A stretch of 64,000 nucleotides of DNA, taken from a virus. The notes beneath the pieces are model-generated. The model was not told the origin of the DNA, made no database searches, and saw only the letters and a program-made list of their open reading frames with translations. Positions within the stretch are counted from its first letter, which is position 1. Each line of letters starts with the position of its first letter. The translations under genes were made by a program, and so were the position numbers. Positions 41,799 to 51,170 of this stretch are shown piece by piece. Location: the IMG/VR virus record IMGVR_UViG_3300009678_001576. One strand, 5' to 3'.

Positions 41799-42266
41799 TT
41801 ATCTCAACTCTGGGAATTGGGCCAAGAGTTGGTTCTTCTTTTCTTCGGGCTGTGAATTAAGGAATCTCTTTAGAAACTCCTTATCTGAGCTTAGCTTACT
41901 TATAAGGGTCTTTTGAAATACATAAACATCGTCAGCATCAAAGCCGAAGTCTTTAGAGGCAAAGCGCTGAATAGGCTTGTCTTTATACAAAAGAGTCACG
42001 TTCTTAGCTTCTTTATCAGCTAAGGCGGACCACTCACTTGTTGTTTCTAGGGGTTTTTCTTGCGTCTCGTCACCGTACATGGCTGAGAGGTATTGCTTAC
42101 CATCCTCGCCATCTTCGAGCGTCCAAAGAGACTCTACTGGGGAAGTATTGAGTTGAAATACGTCAAAAGCGACCTTGGTAAAGAATTGTTTATTGGGCTC
42201 GTAAGGGATTCTTTCTTGTCTCTTGGCATACTTGTCTGCCAACACATTCCAATCTAAGGTATCCAT
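41799..42266 (-). CDS. Hypothetical protein, first gene of the head operon
   Basis: 155 aa, SD AGGAG; downstream of the promoter motif. Confidence 0.85.
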   Translation of the reverse strand: MDTLDWNVLADKYAKRQERIPYEPNKQFFTKVAFDVFQLNTSPVESLWTLEDGEDGKQYLSAMYGDETQEKPLETTSEWSALADKEAKNVTLLYKDKPIQRFASKDFGFDADDVYVFQKTLISKLSSDKEFLKRFLNSQPEEKKNQLLAQFPELR

Positions 42267-42347
42267 TAAGCACTCCTATTGAATAAAATTTTGGTCATAG
42301 AAAACCAGGAGGTCCGAATAGACCTCACCTTACAATATAAGATTAGA

Positions 42348-42358
42348 ATATTAATAGA
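42348..42358 (-). promoter_or_regulatory. Candidate late promoter motif TCTATTAATAT
   Basis: Lies between the terminator after the GAPDH-like gene and the first head-module gene. Confidence 0.5.
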
Positions 42359-42362
42359 AAAT

Positions 42363-42409
42363 AGGCGGTTGTGGGCCATTTTATACGCCCAAACCGCCTT
42401 TTGTATAAA
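42363..42409 (-). terminator. Intrinsic terminator-like hairpin ending the replication module
   Basis: AGGCGGTT-TGGGC...GCCCA-C-AACCGCCT followed by ATTTT; a T run also follows on the plus strand. Confidence 0.65.
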
Positions 42410-42413
42410 ATAT

Positions 42414-43484
42414 TTAGATTTCCTTGAAAATATAAGGACTTAGACAGGCCAAACGCTCGCCCACTGAGCCTGGATGAAGGAAATGCAGGGCTGCTGAAAT
42501 AGAGGATAGCAAAGAATTGCCATCTTGAGGAGTGAATAACATTCCTCTTATAACTCTATTAGTAACATCTATATTTATAGTTGGCGCGCAAATCACAGCC
42601 TGATTCAATATACGCCCATACAAGCCATAGTCTCTACCAAAGCCAAACACTCGATTAGAGGTTGTTTTATTGGTTAAGGCAACCATTTCATTTTCTTTAA
42701 AAGCATTGAGAACGGCTTCCTTTGAAGTTAGATTGTTTATGTGATCAGTTTGTATTACGAATCTAATCACATGCATATATTGGGTATTTGCCACTAACGA
42801 ACTTGAAAATAGCTTGGTTGCAGGGAACTTATCTTTAAGCAAAGTAAAAGCATCTTTGGCATGGTGAGTGCCAAAGTCATCGTACTTGTGCCCATCCAAT
42901 TCTATGGCTGGTATAAAGTCTTCGTCCTGTGAAATATCACTGGCTCTTCGTATGCAGGTGAAATCTCCTGATATCACGCCGCCGGGATAAGCCGAAGAAA
43001 AAGGATTGTCAAAGCTCTTCAGGACAGTTGCTATGCTATGTGTATTGCAACTAACAACTTGTATGAACTGGTTGTTAGGAAAGGGAACTATATTGTGGGC
43101 GAACTTGGCACCGAAGCCATCCTCAGAGCCTTGTGCTACGAAACCCTTAACCTTATCCTTATAACGGTCATAGAAATTGCGCTTATTAGCTAAACCAATA
43201 CCTTTTGGCGTACAGTCAATAACGACAGAAGCCCTCTCGATGGCTTCTTCTTCCATCAGGGAGGGCTTCAAGTTTAATGCTTCAAATTGTTTTACTTTGT
43301 CTTTATTAACAGCAAGTAGAGCACCTCTTGAGAGAAGTTGCTCTACTTTTGTTTTATCCACCTCAAGCGGACTATTTTTGTGAAATGTTACTTCGTCTAT
43401 ACCAAATTCTTTTTTATACAACGACAAAAGCCCTATCAAGGGCTCTCCAATCGTTCCAGTACCAACTACATGGATTATATTCAT
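42414..43484 (-). CDS. Type II (archaeal-like) glyceraldehyde-3-phosphate dehydrogenase family protein
   Basis: VVGTGTIG Rossmann motif, VIDCTPKGIG, QGSE, catalytic VVSCNT, RRASD. Confidence 0.75.
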   Translation of the reverse strand: MNIIHVVGTGTIGEPLIGLLSLYKKEFGIDEVTFHKNSPLEVDKTKVEQLLSRGALLAVNKDKVKQFEALNLKPSLMEEEAIERASVVIDCTPKGIGLANKRNFYDRYKDKVKGFVAQGSEDGFGAKFAHNIVPFPNNQFIQVVSCNTHSIATVLKSFDNPFSSAYPGGVISGDFTCIRRASDISQDEDFIPAIELDGHKYDDFGTHHAKDAFTLLKDKFPATKLFSSSLVANTQYMHVIRFVIQTDHINNLTSKEAVLNAFKENEMVALTNKTTSNRVFGFGRDYGLYGRILNQAVICAPTINIDVTNRVIRGMLFTPQDGNSLLSSISAALHFLHPGSVGERLACLSPYIFKEI

Positions 43485-43490
43485 TTTACC

Positions 43491-43958
43491 TTACTTGGGC
43501 GAAATAAATACTATCAAGTCCCGCCCTTCTAATTTTGGCTGACCTTCCGCTACGCCTATACCTTCCGCAACTATTTGAGCGATGACACTATTCATCTTCT
43601 CAAGGCCCAGCTCTTTAAAGGCCAATTGACGGCTCTTAAAGGTCATAGTCAATTTGGTTTTGTGGCCCTTTTGTAAAAATTCTCTAATATGATTGACTTT
43701 AGTATCCAAATCATGTTTTTCTATTTGAGGCGTAAAGCGAATTTCTTTCATCTTTTGCGCCCTTTGTTGAGCGCGGACTTGTCTTTCTTTTTGCTTCTGC
43801 TCAAACTTAAGACGGCCCTTGTCGGCTATCCTATAGATATTACTCTTTGGATTTACTACTATTAAGTCCTGTCCTGCTTCTTTTGCTCGTCTTTTAGCAT
43901 CTTCCATGCTGACGTTACCAATTACTTTCCCATCTATACCAATAAGCATTATGTTCAT
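43491..43958 (-). CDS. infC: Translation initiation factor IF-3
   Basis: KEIRFTPQIEKHDLDTKVNHIREFL..GHKTKLTMTFKSR; the N-terminal domain is also recognisable. Confidence 0.9.
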   Translation of the reverse strand: MNIMLIGIDGKVIGNVSMEDAKRRAKEAGQDLIVVNPKSNIYRIADKGRLKFEQKQKERQVRAQQRAQKMKEIRFTPQIEKHDLDTKVNHIREFLQKGHKTKLTMTFKSRQLAFKELGLEKMNSVIAQIVAEGIGVAEGQPKLEGRDLIVFISPK

Positions 43959-43976
43959 ATTGAAAATATTTACCCC

Positions 43977-44441
43977 CTAGGTTTCTATTATTTCTTCTTG
44001 TTTTTCTTTCATCTTTGAAAGAATTGTTCTAATCTTTTCGTTATTTGAGCATAACTTCCTAATTTTCTTAAGAGCGCCGCCATAACGTTTCTTCTGATTG
44101 TTATAGTCTATATTACCCTGAAGTATCTTATGAATTGTAGTCTGATGCTTTCCTAATTGAGTGGAAATTTCATTCTGCGTCATACCTTCAAAATAAGTAA
44201 GGTTTATAACTTGTCTTTGTCTTTCTGTTAAATTATTATTTATTATATTCATCACTTCTTTCATTAATTCATTTCTGAGCCTTTGAAATTCCTCAGAATT
44301 GGCATAACTATTAAAGTAGGCATTCATTCCATCTTCGTTAGCAAAATTATTGAGTAGGCTTGGGTCTATACTAATCTCTATAAAATTGTTTGGTGGAATG
44401 TCTAAATCGCCAGAACTGCTGCAAGTAAAGTTCTTGGGCAT
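43977..44441 (-). CDS. Sigma-70 region 4 (HTH) domain protein
   Basis: NLTERQRQVINLTYFEGMTQNEISTQLGKHQTTI. Confidence 0.8.
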   Translation of the reverse strand: MPKNFTCSSSGDLDIPPNNFIEISIDPSLLNNFANEDGMNAYFNSYANSEEFQRLRNELMKEVMNIINNNLTERQRQVINLTYFEGMTQNEISTQLGKHQTTIHKILQGNIDYNNQKKRYGGALKKIRKLCSNNEKIRTILSKMKEKQEEIIET

Positions 44442-44465
44442 CTGATAAAACCTCCATGGTTTTGT

Positions 44466-45203
44466 TTAGCTGGCGATCCGTTGTTTGTTTAGGAATATAT
44501 TGAAGTCTCCACCTTTAGACAAAAACTCGTCCAAGTCCTTATGACCATCTGGTGTAAATTGACATTCTAAATTTAAACTATCCTTATATACCAGTTTGCT
44601 CATAACTTGCTTTGAACTTAAACGTCCTGCTTCGTCATTGTCAAAAAGCAGACATATGTTTTTCGTATATCTAGAAAGTGTAATCAATTGCCGATTGGAG
44701 AATGCTGTTCCACAAGCGGCCACTATATTATATATTCCCTTTTGATGGGCGGTTATTGCATCAAAGTAGCCTTCAACCACAAATACCTGATCGCTCTCTC
44801 TTATTGCATTAAAAGCCCTATCCAGGCCAAACAAATAAGAGGCTTTAGAATAATTGCTATTCCTATATTTAGGAATGCCTAATTCTTTTCTTTTATTCTC
44901 TTCTACCAAAGTACGACAGCCGATAGCTATGGCCCTTCCGGAGATATCTCTAATTGGAATTACAACTGGATATCTTTTGAATGGGCTAGTATCGGCGTTC
45001 CAAACTATATTCTTTGTTCTTAGTTCTTCAGGATGAACATGGTCAAATAGCTTTCTCAAATCACTGGGAAAGGCCCCTATCTTGTAGGTCTTAATGGTCT
45101 CTTCAGTGAGACCTCTATTTAGAACATAATCCAAAATTTCTTTGTTATCAAATAACAATCTATGACAAATCTCTGTCAGTTTATCAAAAAATAAGTCGCT
45201 CAT
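44466..45203 (-). CDS. dnaG: DnaG-type primase catalytic core (TOPRIM), no zinc-binding domain
   Basis: VIPIRD, GCR, KYRNS, VVEGYFD, CGTAF, LFDNDEAG. Confidence 0.85.
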   Translation of the reverse strand: MSDLFFDKLTEICHRLLFDNKEILDYVLNRGLTEETIKTYKIGAFPSDLRKLFDHVHPEELRTKNIVWNADTSPFKRYPVVIPIRDISGRAIAIGCRTLVEENKRKELGIPKYRNSNYSKASYLFGLDRAFNAIRESDQVFVVEGYFDAITAHQKGIYNIVAACGTAFSNRQLITLSRYTKNICLLFDNDEAGRLSSKQVMSKLVYKDSLNLECQFTPDGHKDLDEFLSKGGDFNIFLNKQRIAS

Positions 45204-45622
45204 ACTTCCTTTTGTGCTTTTACTTTGCGTTTGCGGGTTTTTGGCTTTGGCGCTTCTGCTACCGCTACTGTTGCTTCTACTTCTGGTTCTACTATTTCTA
45301 TATCTTTTTGTCCGAATTCTTTAATCGCTTGTCTCATAGCTGCATGAACTTTGATTGGACCTTTGCATATCTTGCAAACAGTTTCATCCTTTGTATTCAT
45401 TACAACTTCTCGATTTGCATTGCATTGGCGACAGGCCATAACAAATGCCTTCTTAAGGTCGGTCTTTAGAATTTGACCGAAGCTCTTAAGCGCTCTCTTC
45501 ATCGAATCAGAGATATTATTGACTGGCTTATTGCAAGCTGTACAAATAACTTCCATGGTGTCAGCGTTCAGTAAGGCATTTGAATGTTGCATACAGCCTC
45601 TATTATTACATGCTACTAACAT
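45200..45622 (-). CDS. Double zinc-ribbon protein
   Basis: ATG at 45622 follows the recA stop; CNNRGC..CTAC and CRQC..CKIC; ATGA overlap with the primase. Confidence 0.8.
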   Translation of the reverse strand: MLVACNNRGCMQHSNALLNADTMEVICTACNKPVNNISDSMKRALKSFGQILKTDLKKAFVMACRQCNANREVVMNTKDETVCKICKGPIKVHAAMRQAIKEFGQKDIEIVEPEVEATVAVAEAPKPKTRKRKVKAQKEV

Positions 45623-45623
45623 C

Positions 45624-46724
45624 TTATTCCCCTTCTTCCTGTTCATCGACAGGTTGTGATACTGAGACGTTATTAGCCTTTGCATCCTTAACTCTCAACA
45701 TTACTGATTCTTGTAATGTTGGGTCTAATAGAGCATCAGCAATGGCATCTTTGCCATTATATTTAACGCCATCTAATTCATAGGTTTTGTTGTTAGGACG
45801 AGCAATAACGCCATACCTAACGCCTAATTCTTTAACTTCTTCGTTCTTTGCCACTATGCCCTTTAGGTATTCTATAGCAAACTCTGCCTGACGATGTGGA
45901 GGAGCCTTCTTATTCTTATCAATACGAGCACGGATATGATGCCCTGTCTGCTCGCCAGCTGAATCTAGAATGGCTGAATCCTTGGCACCAATCTTTGCGA
46001 AATTAACCATCTGTGCACAAGCAAATTTAAGTGCGGTTCCACCTGGTGAGTCTTCCGGATTACCATACATAACTCCAGGCTTCATACGAATCTGGTTAAT
46101 GGCTATTAAGGTTACTCCAGTTTCACTCAAAAGTGGAGTCAAGCGTCTCAATACTTTTGGCAAGAAACGAGCCATAGGAGCCATATCCTGTTGATTTACG
46201 GCGTTGTTTTGCTCGATAGGTGGTTGTACTGCAGCTACGCTATCTAGAACGATTATGCCTAATCCTGTGCCACCCATTTCTATTTCGATATCCAATATAC
46301 CTTTCTTTTGCTTGCCCTCACCATCTTTCTTTGGGAGACCTACAAGACGTTCAAATATCTTGGTGCCGTCATTCTCTTTATAAACGAATAAGCGATCAGT
46401 ATCTACACCGAGCATTCTAGCCCAGTTTTGGTCATAGGAGAACTCTGCATCGATAAACATTGCCCAATTTCTTGGGTCTTTCTTTTGCCATTCTGCTATT
46501 GTAGTTAAACTTAATAGGGTCTTACCTGACGACTGAAAGCCAGCATATTGAACTATATGGCCTCGTGGAACTCCCCAAATACCTAGGGCATCATCTAATA
46601 CGAAACTGCCAGTTGGTATAGACTCTACGGCCGCTACGCCGTCATCACTACCTACGAATAGGCCTTCATCACCGTGTTGCTTCTCTAATTGCTTCCAAAT
46701 TTCTAACATTGATTTGTTTGACAT
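45624..46724 (-). CDS. recA: RecA/UvsX-family recombinase
   Basis: GFQSSGKT Walker A, FIDAE, LDSVAA, INQIR, PGGTALKF. Confidence 0.93.
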   Translation of the reverse strand: MSNKSMLEIWKQLEKQHGDEGLFVGSDDGVAAVESIPTGSFVLDDALGIWGVPRGHIVQYAGFQSSGKTLLSLTTIAEWQKKDPRNWAMFIDAEFSYDQNWARMLGVDTDRLFVYKENDGTKIFERLVGLPKKDGEGKQKKGILDIEIEMGGTGLGIIVLDSVAAVQPPIEQNNAVNQQDMAPMARFLPKVLRRLTPLLSETGVTLIAINQIRMKPGVMYGNPEDSPGGTALKFACAQMVNFAKIGAKDSAILDSAGEQTGHHIRARIDKNKKAPPHRQAEFAIEYLKGIVAKNEEVKELGVRYGVIARPNNKTYELDGVKYNGKDAIADALLDPTLQESVMLRVKDAKANNVSVSQPVDEQEEGE

Positions 46725-46726
46725 TC

Positions 46727-47476
46727 TTACCTCAAATAACTAAAATCTTTTGAATATTTTCCTGATAATATAAACGACCTGATTTCTTGTGGAGTTGAAA
46801 TATATCCCATATAGTATATTGGGATAAAACTGCATTCCTCGTGAGACTCGCCCTTTTCGTCCTCTTCTTCCCAACAATCGGTTTTAAGAGGCTCTACTGA
46901 ACGAACGACCCCGAATACTTTGCCATCCATAGTAAAGGCGCCTCCACCACTGCTACCAAATACTACTCCAGCACTTACTTCCCAAGTTAAGACACTTCCA
47001 CGATATCTAACCTTTGAACTAATTATACCCTTTTTGAGTGATCTATATCTATAATTAGGATTGGCACCTATAAAAATATCATCGCCTAATTCTGGATCAC
47101 TATCTGCGTTGGCTATATCGGAGTGAAATAAAATTCTTCCAGGATGTATTTCTAAAAGAGCCAAATCATTTAACTCATCGAATATTAAGTTTTCTACTCG
47201 ATATTTGTCCAAAAAAGGCACACCATTTATAACATATAGAAACATCACATAGATATCTCCATCGGGCTCTTTTTCTATAGAATCTTGGATTACATGGTAG
47301 GCGGTTAGCACCAGTGATTTATCTGAATCAGACTTTACCACTACACCAGAGGAGGTATTTACTATAACTACGGACTCCATTATTTGAGCTGGTGATTTTA
47401 CTTTCTTGCTCTCTTTGCCTAACGTTACTACTACTAAACCAAACATCAACAGTGCGGTTAAAATACTCCTGAGCAC
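46727..47476 (-). CDS. Trypsin-like serine protease with N-terminal signal or membrane anchor
   Basis: LTAYHV (His), DLALL (Asp), GSSGG (Ser); hydrophobic N-terminus. Confidence 0.85.
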   Translation of the reverse strand: MLRSILTALLMFGLVVVTLGKESKKVKSPAQIMESVVIVNTSSGVVVKSDSDKSLVLTAYHVIQDSIEKEPDGDIYVMFLYVINGVPFLDKYRVENLIFDELNDLALLEIHPGRILFHSDIANADSDPELGDDIFIGANPNYRYRSLKKGIISSKVRYRGSVLTWEVSAGVVFGSSGGGAFTMDGKVFGVVRSVEPLKTDCWEEEDEKGESHEECSFIPIYYMGYISTPQEIRSFILSGKYSKDFSYLR

Positions 47477-47478
47477 GA

Positions 47479-48516
47479 TTACCTCTCATCTAAATTTTTT
47501 AATTTTATGAGTAACTCTCTTTCTTCGTCTGAGAGCTTTTTAGGTATTTTAACCTTAATAAACACCAAGTGATCTCCCTTTAAATTAATTCCTTTATGAT
47601 TCACCTTTAATATAGAACCTGATTGGGTTCCTGCTGGGACAGCTATCTTTTCCTTTCCGTGTATCGTATCTGTTATAATTTCTTTTCCAAGTATGGCATC
47701 TAAATATGATATCTCTTCTTCAGATTGTATATTTGATCCTACTTTTTTAAACTTAGCGTGAGGAGTAACATGCATAGTAAAATATAAATCGCCTGGTCGT
47801 CCAGCATCGATATCACATGGGGCACCTTTACCATTTAATCTTAGTGACATGCCATCGTCTATTCCAGGTGGTATAGTAAGCTTTATTTGTTCTGTTTTAG
47901 CTTTTTGACCTAGACCTAAACAATCCTTACATTTTTCTAAAATCGAATATCCATTTCCAAAGCAATCTGGACAAGTTCTCACTATCTGCATAATGCCCTG
48001 ACGTTGGCCCACCTTACCTTGGCCGCCGCAGCCCTTACAAACAATAAGATTAGTGCCATCCTTGGAGCCGTTGCCCTTGCAAGAAGCGCATCCTATAGGC
48101 CTATCTATTTGAATATTTTTAACACAACCTAGGGCAGCTTCCATAAAATCTATAGTGAGATTTTTGTATATATCTTCGCCCTTCAATTTTTGTCTTCGGT
48201 TGCCGCGATTAAACAGCTGATCGTAATAATCATCGCGCCCAACTGTTTGTCGTAATATCTCTTCTAGATCTTCTTGGCTTATATTTTGATTATGTTGGGG
48301 CCTTCCAGAAGTATTACCAAATTTATCGAATTGCTCTTTTTTCTTTGGGTCGCTTAATATTTCATAAGCGGCAGTTACTTCTTTGAATTTTTCTTCGGCC
48401 TTGGGGTCGGGGTTGCGATCTGGGTGGAGTTCAAGCGCTAACTTCCGGTATGCTTTCTTTATTTCGTCGGGAGTTGCGTCCTTTTTTAGTCCTAGTGTTT
48501 CGTATGGGTTTGTCAT
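47479..48516 (-). CDS. dnaJ: DnaJ chaperone
   Basis: J-domain with HPD; four CxxCxGxG repeats; C-terminal domain. Confidence 0.95.
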   Translation of the reverse strand: MTNPYETLGLKKDATPDEIKKAYRKLALELHPDRNPDPKAEEKFKEVTAAYEILSDPKKKEQFDKFGNTSGRPQHNQNISQEDLEEILRQTVGRDDYYDQLFNRGNRRQKLKGEDIYKNLTIDFMEAALGCVKNIQIDRPIGCASCKGNGSKDGTNLIVCKGCGGQGKVGQRQGIMQIVRTCPDCFGNGYSILEKCKDCLGLGQKAKTEQIKLTIPPGIDDGMSLRLNGKGAPCDIDAGRPGDLYFTMHVTPHAKFKKVGSNIQSEEEISYLDAILGKEIITDTIHGKEKIAVPAGTQSGSILKVNHKGINLKGDHLVFIKVKIPKKLSDEERELLIKLKNLDER

Positions 48517-48988
48517 GTCGGCCCTGTTTAATAAGTTGTTGAGCAGCTAGTCCAAGAACTATAGCATCTACAGTATCATTATCTTCTTCGAAATCAAAAG
48601 TTAAATTATATTTTGTAACTATGGCCTCAAATGCCTGCTCTTTCTTAATACCAATTCCAAGTTCGGAACGAGCAGTTACAGCTAACATATTGATTGGATC
48701 TTTCTTTGTTTCTTCGTATATAGTTTTAAGTGCTATACCTCTAAACATACTCAATAATTTGAAGGTATTCATATTGCGACCTTTAAATATATCTTCTATT
48801 ACAGTATAGTCTGGCTTGTGAAATTGAATTAATTTTCGAACTTCTTCTTGAAAATGAACTAATCGTTCCCCGTGAGACTTGCTTTTACAAGGTGCTATTA
48901 ACCCACAATGCTTTATTGATATCTTGCCGTTGTTAATCAACGCAATGCCCGTGTAAGCTGAAGAAACATCGAAGGCTAATATTTTCAT
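48431..48988 (-). CDS. ruvC: RuvC-like Holliday junction resolvase
   Basis: ILAFDVS, VIED, DAIVLG acidic catalytic motifs. Confidence 0.8.
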   Translation of the reverse strand: MKILAFDVSSAYTGIALINNGKISIKHCGLIAPCKSKSHGERLVHFQEEVRKLIQFHKPDYTVIEDIFKGRNMNTFKLLSMFRGIALKTIYEETKKDPINMLAVTARSELGIGIKKEQAFEAIVTKYNLTFDFEEDNDTVDAIVLGLAAQQLIKQGRHDKPIRNTRTKKGRNSRRNKESIPEVSA

Positions 48989-48997
48989 TTTTTTCCA

Positions 48998-49034
48998 AAT
49001 AAAAAAATAAGGGGCGTGTTTAGCGCCCCTTATT
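48998..49034 (-). terminator. Intrinsic terminator after the SSB gene
   Basis: AATAAGGGGCG-ctaaaca-CGCCCCTTATT followed by a T run. Confidence 0.85.
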
Positions 49035-49050
49035 TAGTGATTAAATTTTA

Positions 49051-49665
49051 TTATACATTAAAGTCAAAGTCGCTATCGTCAGTGGATGCCTCTGCTGGCT
49101 CACTTACCGCTGCGGCTACTGTCTTTTTAACCGGCGCCATACCTAGCTTCTCGCGAATGCTATCTGGAGTTGGTACTTCAACCATCTTATCCAAATCCAC
49201 TGAAGTCAAGAAAGCCTTAATTACTTCCTTTTCTTCTGCTGACAAGGACTCTTTTGGTTCTGGTATAATCGTATACAAGGGCTGAGTTCCCTTTGGATTA
49301 CGCTTGACATCGACATCGTAAGCTCGTGGATCGCCCCATTTCTGGTTCTTAAATAAATCCATTATCTGCTTAAATATCTGTGGGCCAATTTCAAGAATTG
49401 CAGGTTTGTTAGTGCGTCTGTTAAGAACTCCAACATACCATCTAGCCTGTGCCTGCTCACCTTGCTGGCACAACGGGCAATCTTTAACCGCACATCTTAG
49501 CTTGCGGTTTTGTCCAGTTGTATCTTGTGACCAGTGGGTATAGAACTGATAAGGTGAAGTTAAGCAACGAACGTGGTTGCTGCCCTCTTCAAGCCTCATA
49601 AAATCATTACGACCGGTATCACCATCTGCCCAACTATCAAGTTTTCCTACTACTTTTGTACTCAT
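49051..49665 (-). CDS. Phage single-stranded DNA-binding protein (gp32-like)
   Basis: FMRLEEG..VR, HW, CPLC, ILEIG, DP..YD pattern; acidic aromatic tail DDSDFDFNV. Confidence 0.7.
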   Translation of the reverse strand: MSTKVVGKLDSWADGDTGRNDFMRLEEGSNHVRCLTSPYQFYTHWSQDTTGQNRKLRCAVKDCPLCQQGEQAQARWYVGVLNRRTNKPAILEIGPQIFKQIMDLFKNQKWGDPRAYDVDVKRNPKGTQPLYTIIPEPKESLSAEEKEVIKAFLTSVDLDKMVEVPTPDSIREKLGMAPVKKTVAAAVSEPAEASTDDSDFDFNV

Positions 49666-49734
49666 TTTTATATTTCTCCTGTTATTTTATTCGCCCTTTA
49701 GCTTTAGCACCATGCAAACGCATACGGGCATAAT

Positions 49735-49764
49735 ATACTATGATCCTTTATTTAAAAAAGTCAA
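49735..49764 (-). promoter_or_regulatory. Host sigma70-type promoter upstream of SSB
   Basis: TTGACT - 18 nt - TAGTAT in the intergenic gap. Confidence 0.65.
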
Positions 49765-49770
49765 GTATTT

Positions 49771-50313
49771 TTACCAAGCGTTAGGATCCTGCCCAACATT
49801 TGGTTCTTTATTACCTTCTTCTATAATTCCATTCCAACTAGACGCCTGCTCATGTGGATAAGCGCGCTTTAATATATGCTTGCACAAATAATGCATCTTA
49901 TTAAAGCTATCATACTTACTGCTTACCCACTTGGCAAATGCCATAGCTTCGGAATATTTATTAGAAGCATTTATATAGTCATCATCCATTTCAGCAAACC
50001 AGGCCCTACTTTTATCAGTTTTGATATTGTTGGCCGCGGCTTTAACTAATGCGGCATAACTATACGCTTTCTTCTTAAGCGTATCCATTTTAGAAACGTG
50101 AGCGGTGGCAATGGCTAATAACTCTGAGCAAATATCAGCCCCTCTTAAATATTTAGTGGCTAGAATTTCTGCCATATTTATATCTATATTACCATCTTTT
50201 GGCATAGCATCTGATAGCGTACGAATTTCGGCAGTATCCAAGTTCATAGGATCGAACTCGTTACTATCTCCACCATTTAATATGTCTCTAACTGTTACTA
50301 ATTGTTTACTCAT
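49771..50313 (-). CDS. Helical protein, possibly a UvsY-like recombination mediator
   Basis: ATG at 50313 (ATGA overlap); adjacent to SSB; FAEMDDDYINA segment. The UvsY call is weak inference. Confidence 0.45.
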   Translation of the reverse strand: MSKQLVTVRDILNGGDSNEFDPMNLDTAEIRTLSDAMPKDGNIDINMAEILATKYLRGADICSELLAIATAHVSKMDTLKKKAYSYAALVKAAANNIKTDKSRAWFAEMDDDYINASNKYSEAMAFAKWVSSKYDSFNKMHYLCKHILKRAYPHEQASSWNGIIEEGNKEPNVGQDPNAW

Positions 50314-50570
50314 TTTTTTCGCCTCATATCGTCTATTATTCTCAATCTTTGAGTTATCATTAATTGTTGAATAAAAAATACAATCGCCCATGGAATAGGT
50401 TTATTTGGTTTAATAAAAGTAATGAAACCCTCTTCATCACTTTCAAATAATTCCTTAAAAAACTCTTCACCTTTAGTATCCTTATCGGTAAATTGAGCAA
50501 CTAGTTCTTTATAATATTGATATTCCTGGTCAGTCATCTCTACTTTCTGATGGGCTATTGCTTTAATCAT
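50310..50570 (-). CDS. Hypothetical protein (86 aa)
   Basis: Coupled to neighbours on both sides. Confidence 0.75.
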   Translation of the reverse strand: MIKAIAHQKVEMTDQEYQYYKELVAQFTDKDTKGEEFFKELFESDEEGFITFIKPNKPIPWAIVFFIQQLMITQRLRIIDDMRRKK

Positions 50571-51169
50571 TAAGTGCTTCTCCTAAAAGCTCCTCCAGAA
50601 CCACTAACAACATTTTGTCGCACTCGTTCTTTTTCATACTCCATCTTGGCTCGGACGGCAGCTGAAACTGGCGTATCGTCGTCGCCCATTACTAACCCAT
50701 TAGCATTACCAAGTCTTTCAGCTAATGCTTCGGTGAGTGCTTCGTCTCTTATGCTTTGCTCATCATCGCCCTCACCTAAAGCCTCTTGTTTCATTTTTCG
50801 AAGTATTTCTTTGGCCTCTTTTTTTTGCTGTTGCTTAAAGGCGGCATCGGAGGCTTCCACAGCTTCTTCTTCCTCTTCTACTTCTTCAGAAATCATCTCA
50901 CCAGCTTGCTCTACAGGTATTATACCCCGTTCGATGGCCTTTGGCTCTTCCTTAAACATCTGCCTAACCTCAAAATTAGCTACTATGAGGTTAGCTATAT
51001 TTTCAGCATCCGCTGCTGGTAGGCTTTTATTTAGTAAGGTCTGCAAACTTAAATAAGATGCCAATCGTTCAGCCTGCATTATACTTTTGCCACAGGCTGG
51101 ACATTGATTATTTTTTATGGCAAATGTGAATTCAGGAGTCACATTAACCGTACAATTGTCACACTTCAT
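50570..51169 (-). CDS. Zinc-ribbon protein with acidic central region
   Basis: ATG at 51169 follows the dnaE stop; CDNC..CPAC. Confidence 0.8.
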   Translation of the reverse strand: MKCDNCTVNVTPEFTFAIKNNQCPACGKSIMQAERLASYLSLQTLLNKSLPAADAENIANLIVANFEVRQMFKEEPKAIERGIIPVEQAGEMISEEVEEEEEAVEASDAAFKQQQKKEAKEILRKMKQEALGEGDDEQSIRDEALTEALAERLGNANGLVMGDDDTPVSAAVRAKMEYEKERVRQNVVSGSGGAFRRST

Positions 51170-51170
51170 G

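Noticed and set aside
359-42266. The short hydrophobic-x-K-x-A pattern used alone as proof of cleavage
   Set aside because: The pattern is degenerate enough to occur often by chance, for example LVKAA in a replication-module protein. I only gave it weight where it follows the helical tag or matches the longer ISKRA form.
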